The notes under the pieces were generated by a model. That model saw only the letters and a list, made by a program, of their open reading frames with translations. It did no database searches and was not told the origin of the DNA. 64,000 bases of DNA from Cyanophora paradoxa CCMP329 (taxonomy: Eukaryota; Plantae; Glaucophyta), in assembly GCA_004431415.1 (NCBI GenBank), contig QPMI01000432.1, positions 62,001-126,000 on the forward strand. The letters run 5' to 3'. The position numbers and the translations under genes are program-made. Positions 38,592 through 51,142 of this stretch are shown piece by piece. Each line of letters opens with the position of its first letter. Position 1 is the first letter of the stretch.

Positions 38592-39290
38592 GCCTAGGCC
38601 TGGCGCCAGCTCTAGTTTGCAATCGGGGGCGTCACAGTGTACAGCTGCGGCGAGCCCCCTTGGCCTGGTAGAATCCGTAGAATAGAAAGAGTAGAATAGA
38701 GTAGAATAGAATAGAATCCGTAGAATAGAGGCAATTGCAACTAGTACTGCCTCTCGCTCAGTCATCATCGCGACATGATTCTCAGAGCCTGAGGCTGATG
38801 CATGATCATGATCAGGGCCTTGCGGCCTCAAAACTTTAAAACGATCAGGGCCTGGCGGCCTGAATTTGGAAGCTTTAAGCCGCTGAGCCTTTAGATTGAA
38901 GCCTTGAAGAAAATTACTCTATGCCCCCGGGCCCGGGCCCGGGCCCCCGGGCCCTACTAAGCTATTAATGATTACTTGGAGAATTGGCGTCACTGAGTCA
39001 CACTGTGTCATTCAAGATTGCCCATCACGATCACTGACATGATCATGATCTCAGAGTCTCATGATCACTGTCAGGGCACTGCCAGCTGCAGGCTGCGCGG
39101 ATCGGATCCGGACACACTCAGGAATCTTAAGGCCGCGGGCCGCCGGGCCGCCCCGCCGGGCCGCCGGGCCGCCGGGCTAAGCGGCTTTGAATCTTGATCA
39201 TGATCCCGAGTCCTGCATGCATAAGGCGTCGGAGTCCCGGAGTCCGGACTGTCGGACTCCGAGGCTCAGCGGCACTGCATGCGCATGCGT
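38588..39290. repeat. Palindrome-rich intergenic island 1, including a TAGAA-type microsatellite (38668-38729)
   Basis: (TGATCA)n, (CCCGGG/GGGCCC)n, ATGCAT, CCTAGG and AAGCTT tracts, plus a GGGCCGCC tandem. Lies between convergent genes. Confidence 0.75.
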
Positions 39291-39546
39291 AATGAGGGGG
39301 CGCGGCCCGGCCGAGAGCGACCGTCGGACACTGCTTGCCAAGCGGCTACGTCCGAGGCTCCCGTCATCACCCGACGCGCCAGGTCGCGGCCGCTGCGTTG
39401 CGTACTGGAAAACGTGCTTCTTTGCGACAAAACACGAACTGTACACGATGCCGAGGTCCCTGGGGGTGGGGCCCGCGGCTTCTCTGCATGCTTGGTCTCG
39501 GCGGTGATCATGAAAGTTGGAGAAAGGAGAAAGGGGGCGGAATCCA

Positions 39547-40211
39547 TCAGCGGCCCGAGGAGCGCGTGCCGTTGTAGCCGTAGCTGAGGGGGGCGAGGGC
39601 GCTCGTTACGGCGCGGGCAGCAGCAAGTCTTAAGAGGAGGGGCGCACCGGTCCTCGCCGACGGCCTTGTAGTAGCCGGACGGGTTCTCGATGGTCTTGCC
39701 GTGCCCGTTCGAGTAGCTGCGGGCCCGGGGGAGATCACGGATATCGATCAGATTTGAATGTCTCTGCGTGCCTGCGACACAGCTAGGCGCACCTGCTGTT
39801 GTAGCCGTGGCGGTTCTCGCCGACTGCCGAGAAATAGGTCCCCGGGTCGCGGATCGCCGACCCGTGGCCGTTGTAGTACGTGCCCGTCGAGCGGTCGACG
39901 CTCCAGTTCTTGCCCTGGCTTTGCGGACGTAAGAGGGCGCCATCACTTCGCATTCGCGCCAAAATTCAAATGCCGCAGGGAACCCTCGCTGATCCCAGGG
40001 CAACCAGCCGAAGTTGCATTGACGCTTCCTATGGCGTTTATCGTCCGTCGGGCCGGACGTACTTGCGCTCGCAGCGGCCCGGCCGAAAGCCGCCGCCGCG
40101 TAATAAGCAAATAACTGCCGCCCCCGCCCGTGCGAGCGGCCCGGGGGCCGGGGTGGCATGCTGATAAAGAAGCGGGCCCTCGCACGATTCGGCGCACCGG
40201 TAGTCCGACAT
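39547..40211 (-). CDS. Small 81-aa protein with two 28-aa repeats (4 exons)
   Basis: Exons joined at GTGCGC..AG introns give MSDYRQGKNWSVDRSTGTYYNGHGSAIRDPGTYFSAVGENRHGYNSSYSNGHGKTIENPSGYYKAVGEDRYGYNGTRSSGR*. Strong GC3 codon bias. First exon is less certain. Confidence 0.75.
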
Positions 40212-40305
40212 CTTGAACCGAAGAAGGCGACACGAAAGTTGTGGGGTGTACCCGGGTGATTGGAATAACCTTACCCGGCGTGAAGCCAGATCGCCGAGAG
40301 GACGC

Positions 40306-40672
40306 GCCGGCCGCGAGGGCGCGCCGGCGGGACGCGGAGCTCATCGCTGTGGGGAGCGGCCGCGGTGCGCAGAAGAGCAAAAGGCAAAGCCCGGGAGGCC
40401 GGCGATCTCAATTCGAAACGTCGCCGCGGGGTACGCGTGGAGGGAGGGCGGGGTGCCGGGAAAAGAGCGAGCCTAGCAGGATTCGAACCTGCAATCTCTT
40501 GATCCGTAGTCAAGCGCGTTATCCATTGCGCCATAGGCCCATGCGAAACAGCGCTCGTTTCCCTGTGGTGGCTCGGCGCCCCTGCGGTGCCTGCGTTGGC
40601 GCCGACTCGGCGGAGTCCCGCGGTCGACTCCGGGGCATTCCGGCGCGGTCGGGCGAGCGCTAGCGATAGCGC
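40306..40672 (-). repeat. Right arm of inverted duplication
   Basis: Reverse complement of 34400-34881 minus the extra tandem unit. Ends 4 nt before the DDX20 ATG. Confidence 0.95.
40468..40540 (-). tRNA. tRNA-Arg(ACG), copy 2
   Basis: Exact reverse complement of 34647-34719. Confidence 0.97.
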
Positions 40673-40676
40673 GGCA

Positions 40677-43271
40677 ATGCCGCTCGCGCACAGGACGAGC
40701 GCGGCGCGTCGGAGGACTGCGGACGTCGACGGCGGCCACGATGCCTCGTTCGAGCAGCTCATGCTGTCGGAACCCGTCCTCGCGGGCCTGCGCGACGCCG
40801 GCTTTGCAAAGCCCTCGCCCATCCAGATGAAGGCCATCCCGATTGCGATCTCCGGCGCCGGTGCGGGCGCCCCTGCAAGCCGCGCACCCTCCGCGCCTGA
40901 CCCGTACGCGCCGCAGACCTCATCGCGCAGGCGAAGGCCGGGACGGGCAAGACGTGCGTGTTCGCGGTGGCGGTGCTGGAGCAGGTGGCATGCAGGGGCC
41001 CGCTCTCGAAGTACACGCAGGCGCTGGTCCTCGCCCCGACGCGCGAGATCGCGCTGCAGTCGCGAGACGTTCTCCGCGAGATCGGCCAGCACGTCCCTGG
41101 CCTCGCAGTGGAGTGCTTCATCGGCGGCTTGCCCGTCGCCGACGACGTGAAGCGCCTCCGCGAGTCCCCCGTCCACATCGCCGTCGGCACTCCCGGTGCG
41201 CTCCGGCGCGCGCGCCGCGGCACCGCGCGAGCGAGCGAGCGAGCGAGCGTGCGTGCGGGCGGGCGGGCGCAGGGCGGGTGCGGGCGCTCATCGAGAAGGG
41301 CCAGCTGCTGGTGGACGACGTGCGCGTCTCCGTGCTCGACGAGGCCGACCAGCTCGTCGACGTGGCGTTCGAGGACACCGTCATGCGCGCCCCCGTTTGA
41401 ATTTGAATTTGAAATCCGCCGCTCGTCCGCTCACGTCTTCTCCGCCGCCCGGCCGCGCAGGTGGATCCAGGCGGTGCTCCCGGCGCGGAAGCAGACCCTC
41501 GCGCTCTCCGCCACCTTCCCCGACAAGCTGCTGGAGCTCCTCACGGAGATCATGCGGGAGCCGCAGCGCGTCATGCTCTGCGGGCCCGCCGAGCCGCCCT
41601 CGCTCCTGGGCGTGCGCCAATACTACGCCTGCGTCGGGGCCGCCGAGGAGCCCAGGCGGAGCGCCGCCAAGCTGGGCCGCCTGCTCGCCCTCTTCGCCTC
41701 GGTTCCCTTCCACCAGGCCGTCGTCTTCGTCAACTCGGGGCCCAGGCGCGCCCGCCCCGCCCCGCCCCCCGCCCCGCCCCGTCCATCCATTCGCCCCGAG
41801 CCGAGCGGGCGAGGACGGGGCGGGTGGCGCAGGGCGGACGCGCTGGGCTCGCTCCTGGAGGAGGCGGGCTACCCCAGCTCCGTCATCTCCGGGGAGCGCG
41901 CGCAGGCCCGCCCCGCCCCGCCCGCCCCGCCCCGCCCGGCTTCTCTGACGCCGCACGCACGGCGGACTGACTTCGCGGCGGGCGGCAGACGGCGCGGAAC
42001 GCGGCGGTGGAGGCGACGCGCGCCTTCCGCACCCGCGTCCTCGTCTCCACCGACCTCGTGCGCTGCCAGCAGCTCCTAGGCCTAGGCCTTGGCCGCTTAA
42101 GCTTAGCGCCCGGGGGGGCGGCGGGGCGCAGACGGGGCGCGGGGTGGACCTGAGCCGCGTCAACGTCGTCGTCAACTTCGAGCTCCCCGCCTCAGACGAA
42201 GCGTGCGCCCCAGGGTCTTGAACTGAACAGTGCTCCTCGGCTCGAAGAAGCCTTCCATCCCCCGTTTCCAGCTGTTACCCTTCGTTCGCAGGTACCTCCA
42301 CCGCGTCGGCCGCACGGGCCGCTTCGGTTCGGCCCCCGCCGGCTCCCGCTCGCGTCCTGGGCGCCCTCCGCTCAGGACCGACCGACCGACCGCGGCAGGC
42401 TCGCACGGGCTGGCGCTGTCCCTGGTGGACGAGGGGCAGCTGCCCTCGCTCCTCGCCACCGCCGCCCGCCTCGGCGCCAAGGTGCCGTGAAGGAGAAACA
42501 TTTAGGCTGTCTTCGGATTCAAATTCGAGCAGGTGGAAGAGCTCCCGGAGAGGATCGACCCCGAGATCTTCGCGGCGCCCCTGGAGGAGGACGAGCGGCG
42601 CGCGACGCGTACCCCCCGTCTCTCCCACCCTATCCTCTAACCTGCTGTGCAGGGCGGCGCTGGAGCGACTCGCGGCGGCCGAGGCGAAGCGCCTGGCGGC
42701 GCTGCGGGGCGAGCCGGCGCCCGCGGGGCCGCCCTCCTCCTCCCCGGCCCCGGGCGAACGAGCCGTCGCCGAAGGCGGCGGCGACGGCGCTCTGGCGCCC
42801 TCCGTGGAACCGGAGGCGGCGGCGGAATCGGAGGCGGCAGCGTCGGGGGCGGCGGCGGAGGCGGGCAAAGATCGGCCGAGCGACAAGGCGGCAGACGGGG
42901 AGAAACAGGAGGAGGAGGGCTCTGGGGCCCCTCCTGCGAAGAAGAAGGAGGCCTCCACGCGGCCGCTGCCCAACCTGCTGCGCGGACTCGACGTCTCCCG
43001 CCTCTCCCGCGCCCGCTACCGGCCCCCCGCGCGCCCCGCGAGGGAGGCCGAGGAGGCGGAGCACGAGGGGGAGGAAGAGGATGAGAGGGAGGAGGAGGAG
43101 GAGGAGGAGGGCGGCACGACGGCCAGCAGCAGCAGCAGCGTGAGTTCGAGCAGCGTCAGCAGCACCAGCAGCGAGGACGAGGAGGACGAGGAGGAGGAGG
43201 AGGAGAAGCCCGCGGCAGTAACGGGCGCGGCGGCGGCCGCGCAGTGGGCCGCATGGTACGCGTACGCCCAG

Positions 43272-43303
<32 letters not shown>

Positions 43304-43865
43304 GCAGCAGCAGGGGTACGGGCAGTACGGCTTGCCCGGCGCCGGCGGCTGGCCCGGCGCTGGAGGCTGGAACAACGCGTACCCCGGCGGTTACGGCTGG
43401 CCCCAACCGCCCCCGCCCCCGCCGCCCCCTCCGCCGCCCCCGGCCGCGCCACAGAGCAGCCGCGCGTACGCGTACCCCCGTGAAGCGTGGGGCCCCCCTC
43501 AGGCAGCTCCCCCGAGGATGGCTCAGCCACACAGCGCTCCGTACCCGTACCCCTCCCAGTACTCGTCCTACCCCTCCGCGTACCCGGCCCACCACTCCTC
43601 GTACTCCTCCGCCCCTAGCGGCGGCCCGTGGGGCGCCTCCAGTGGTTACCCCGGGGCCCCGCCGCCCTACCCCGGCCCGCCGCCTCCCCCGCAGGACCCG
43701 TACGCATCCTACGCGACTTGGTACGCCCCATGGCAGGCGCAGCCGCAGGGGCAGGCGGCGCAGCGGCCCGCAGCCGCCGCGGCGGCCCGGGCCAGCGCGA
43801 AGGGAGGCGCCGGCACCCACAGCCACAGCCAGCCCGCACGTCCCCCGAGCCGGAGGCGGCAGTAG
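40677..43865 (+). CDS. DDX20: DEAD-box RNA helicase DDX20/Gemin3-like with low-complexity C-terminus
   Basis: RTADV, GFAKPSPIQ, AKAGTGKT, PTREIALQ, GTPG|RV, LDEAD, SAT, PFHQAVVFVN, GRGVD, YLHRVGRTGRFG. Confidence 0.85.
43269..43313 (+). repeat. (CAG/CAA)15 coding microsatellite, poly-Gln
   Basis: Directly visible in the DDX20 C-terminal exon. Confidence 0.9.
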
Positions 43866-44115
43866 CGTTGGCTAGCGCAGCCCCCTCGGCCCGCGTGCCT
43901 CTCTTCTTCGTCCCTCTTCTCTCGCGCTCCTGCCGTGTATGTCTCTGTCGACGCAATGTGCATGCGACGCCCTTGGCCCGACCGGCCGGCCGGCGTGGGA
44001 TGAGCGAAATTACTAGCTTGTACTCGCACGTGGGACTCGCAGGACTCGCGGGGGGTGGGATCGGGGGTGCGGCCTAGAGGCGGGCGAGGCGGGGGGGCGG
44101 GCCCTCGAGCTCGCG

Positions 44116-46979
<2,864 letters not shown>

Positions 46980-47049
46980 CAGCTAGTACCCCTCCAGCGA
47001 CGGTCGCCGGTCGGCGAGTTGTGTCCTTCACGAGCCGTGGCGTTGCGAG

Positions 47050-48851
47050 ATGAGTTCTCTGGAACTGTCCGAAGCGAGCTATGCAGGCCCGTGGCCCCGC
47101 CACGCCATCCGCTGCGTGACGGTTGCTGACAAGTCCGCTCGCCGCGCAGAGCTGAGAAGCTTCTTCAATACACGGGTCTGCCAAATCTTCGTAGCGTAGA
47201 GGGGGCGCGCCGCCGGTGTATCGGTCGAGCGCTCACAGCGAAGCCTCGAGAGATCTGCGAGCCGGGCAGCCTGGCAGCCAAGGCCGTTGAAGGATAATGC
47301 GGGATACAGCGCGACCAGCTGTCTGTAGGCAGTCGCTAGGCCGCGCGCGGGCGGCGAACGTTGACCCGTACTTTCTCGGTTGGCGTTGCTGACGCGGTTG
47401 CCGACGCAGGGCGATATCGAGCTCCTGCACAAAGTCTTGACCAACCCCGCCTTCATTGATAAGAACTTCTCGTGCGTTTGCTCCTGTTCGCCCCGCACTG
47501 GCCTGTCCGCCGTCTCGCTGAGCGCCCGTCGTGTGAAGGGGCCGCGTGAGTCTCAACGAGGCCAAGGCCGCCTTCACGAGCAACGGCGATGGGCTCTTTC
47601 GCGCGCTCTGCGACCTCAGCGGCGTGGCTTTCTCGCCGGTGCGAACACCCGCCGACGCCGCCGCCGCCGCGCAGCCGCCTGCCCGCGCGCTGAGCCCGAA
47701 GCCGCCGCCGCCGGCCCCGTCGCTCCCCGCAGAAGGCAAGCGTAGAGATGGACATCGTGGTGGGGTCGCTGCGCGCCCTGTACGAGAAGATGGCGGCGGA
47801 GGCCCCCCGGGGCCCCTCCCACGCGCGCCCCGCGGAGCAGGCCTACGGCGACGACCAGGGCTTCGGCTACGAGCGCCCCGCCTACGAGGCGCCGGCCGCG
47901 CCCGCCCCGGCGCCCCGCGGCCCCCCCCGTCCCACGAGCCCCAGCACGTCTTCATCCAGATCCCCCAGCCCCCGATGATGTACCCCGTGCGCCTTCTCCC
48001 CCCCTTCAGACAGGGAGCGGAGCGCGCCTGACGGCCTCTGGCCATGTGCCCCGCAGCGGTACCAGGGCCCGCCGGCGGACGAGCAGGCGCTGGAGCCGGA
48101 GCCCTCGGCGGTGCCGGCGGGGCCGCGCCCCGCGGACTTCCTGGACCACAACGGGGACGCCTTCCTCTCGCTGGCCGAGCTGCGCTCCGGCAACTTCCCG
48201 TTCGAGGCGCGGGCGTTCACGCGGGCGGCGGCGGCGTACTACGGCGACGAGGCCCGGCCCGGCGCCGTCTCCCTCGAGGCAGCGAACGCCTTCATGGCCG
48301 ACTCCCGCGCCTTCGCCGCCTTCGTCGCCGTCAACGGCGGGGACGAGGAGGAGGCCGGCGCGGCGCGGCCGGCGGCGGCGGGGACAGGCCGGGCCTCCTC
48401 CTCGTCTGCAGGGGCGCACCGGGCGGGGGCCTCGGCCTCGTCCTCCTCGCGGCACCCGATCACGCCGGACCTGGAGGACCTGATCGCCCCCGCGCACGTT
48501 TCGGTGGGCGCCCACATCGACATCCTCCCCGCCGGCGGCCGCCCCCGCTTCGACGACGACGAGGCCCCCCGCGCCTCCTCCTCCTACTCCTCCTCCTCGC
48601 GCTCCTACCCGGCCCCGCCCCGCGCCGCCGCCGCCGCCGCCGCCGAGCCCGAGGCCGACGCCGCCGTCGTCTCCAAGTTCATCGGGGCCGAGGAGGCGGA
48701 GGGGTACGACGTCGACGGGGCGGCGCTGGGCCAGGCGCTGGCCGCCGAGGAGGGCGCCGGCGCGCTGCCCTTCCACCACGAGGCCGACGAGCTCGCCCCG
48801 GCGGCCGCGGAGGAGGCCGAGGCCCTCGAGGGCGGCTCCGACCTCTTCTAG
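47050..48851 (+). CDS. Hypothetical acidic protein with EF-hand-like loops
   Basis: Spliced MSSLELSEASYA|ELRSFFNTR|GDIELL.., with loops DKNFS|GRVSLNE and DHNGDAFLSLAE. Confidence 0.55.
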
Positions 48852-49331
48852 GCCCCGCCCCGCACGAGGAGGCAGCAGCCGGCCAGCCACTTTCCCCACA
48901 GATCTACATCGATACTTTCCATGTCCCTGATACCTCTACGTACACGAATACCAAACCACTGCAGTTTCTGCGCGCTTTGGCCAGTGGCGTCGGGACGTGC
49001 GAGTATCGCAGTATGGCGCGCGGCCGCCGGGCCGGTCACAGCGCGGGCTCGAGCTCCTCTAACTTTTTGGCAAGGCTTCTCAAGGCTGGAGCGCAATTGA
49101 ATCTCGTCGGCTTCAAAAATGTATTTGTACTTACTAGTCTTAACGATGTGCGCTCGCTCGAATGTACAGGATATCGAGAGGCAGCTCGCTAGCGCTGCTG
49201 CGGACTGGGCAGGCAGGCTCCCGTACCGGAGAGCCTGCCAGGATGCATCCTACTGCTACTTAGGACGGGGGCGCGGGGGGGGAGGAGGAAGGCGGGCGGT
49301 GGAAGGGGGAGGGCGGGCGCCGGGCCGGCCC

Positions 49332-50853
49332 TCACTTGGCGAGCTTCTGGATCTCCTGGAACGTGTGCCCGTGCACGTTCCTAGGAAAGACGTGCCTGCG
49401 GCGCGCGAGTCGCGAGTCAGCCGGGGCCGGATCCCCTCCGCGGCTCCAAGAAAGGGCGCACGGGACGTAGCCGGAGTAGCCGGAGATGTGGCTGGAGAGG
49501 GCGACGGGGTTGCGAGTCCGCGTCGGGCGCCACGTCTCCTCCGCCTTCGGGAGCCCGTCCCGGCTCGGCGGCTCCCACCGCCACGGCTTCCTCGGCGCCT
49601 CCAGCTCGCCGGTGGCGCCGGCGGCGGCGGCGGCGGAGCCCGAGGCGGAGCCGAGCGGGGAGGAGGCGGTCCCGCCGAGGCCGATCATGGAGCGCGTCAT
49701 GCGCGCCGGCGCCGTCGTCGGCTTCCCGAGCTGCAGGCGGCCCCGCGCCACCAGCTGCGCGTCCAGGATCACCTGGGCGAGGGGCGGCGTCAGCTCCGCG
49801 ACACGAGCCGCCGGTTCAATGAGCGCGGACCTTGGAGTGGATGTTCTGCGGATGGATCTTCGGAATGTGCCCCGAGAAGCCCGTGATCTGAGGGCGCAAG
49901 GGCGTGAGGCGAAGGAAAGGAGCGGCGTGGAAGCGTCCGAGGCCCCTAAGAGCCGAGGGGTGATAGATGGGCTTCGGACCTGGACGTCGTCGGGGAGGGG
50001 GCAGGTGCTCCGGTCCGGCCGCGGCTCGTCGAAGTCGGGCGGCGTCTGCTTCTGCACCAGCGTCGTCGTGGGCGGCCGCAGGGCCGTCGCAGGGGCCCCC
50101 GTGGAGAGCAGGCCCCGCGCGAAGTGCTGCGTCTCGGAGACGCTCATGCCGCCGCCCCCGACCCGCGCCAGCTCGTCGTCCGCCATCACCGCGAGGCTGT
50201 GCAGCGTGTTCCTCGCCTGCGACTGCGCCGGCCAGTAGCTCTGCGAACGACGACGACGCTGAGCCGCCCGGCGACCCGCCGCGGCCGCCGCCGCCGCAGC
50301 CAAAAGCGCTCGGACCTTTGCGAAAACGTTGCCCGCCTCGATTCCCGGGACGAAGCCTCCATAGCCGCTCGGTTTGAAGTTGATGATCCTGCGGGCGCCG
50401 CCCGCGTCGGTCAAGGGCGCGGCGCCACGCGGCGCCGAGGCGTCCCGTCCCGGCTTAGCTAGGGGCGCGGCTTGTGCTCACCCTTCGGTGATCCGAGGCC
50501 TGCGCGTCACTTTCGCACTCGCGTCGAGCGTGCCGACGCGCGTCGTGTTGTAGATGTCTCTGCTGGGATAGTTCGACGAGAGTTGTTTGCCCGGACCCAG
50601 CATCGCCTCCTTTTGCGCGTCAATGAAGGTGAGTGCGTGGATGTTCCTACCGCAAACAACCGTCAGCGCAAGTCTCGCGGCGCCCCCCTCGCGCCTCGGC
50701 GAGTTCGCTGAAACCCCGAGGCGGGCGGCGGCGCCGCGCGAACCTGGGCTCAATACGGCTAACATAGCCGCCGTAGCCTGATATTTGTATGACTCCAGCG
50801 CCATATGTGGAGCCATAGCTAGTAGAGGGCCGGACGAAGTCTCCGGACGGCAT
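49332..50853 (-). CDS. FAM166/CIMIP2-like (PYG-repeat) ciliary microtubule inner protein
   Basis: Repeated ISGYGGYV, PSGYGGFVPG..GNVFAK, GFSGHIP and ISGYSGYVP..RNVHGHTF motifs. Confidence 0.68.
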
Positions 50854-51142
50854 CGGGGCGGCCGAGGTGCGTCTGGCTGCTTAAAGAAGTGAGGCAGAAG
50901 TACCGGCTTCTGAAACTGGTGTTTGCGCGCGGCTGCGGCGCCGGAAGATGGGAGAAGAAGCTGCGCGACCAAATTTATGTTGACAGCTGTACCCGCCCAC
51001 CGCCCTTTCCCCCCGTACTTCTCCCCCCTCGCGCTCGGGCACAATTGCAAGCGCAGCGACCGAGCGCGAGCGGGTGCAGTGGCGCCGCACAGCCAGGCGA
51101 CATTGGCTGCGTTCGTGGCATCCGGTGCAGCCGTGACCGCAC

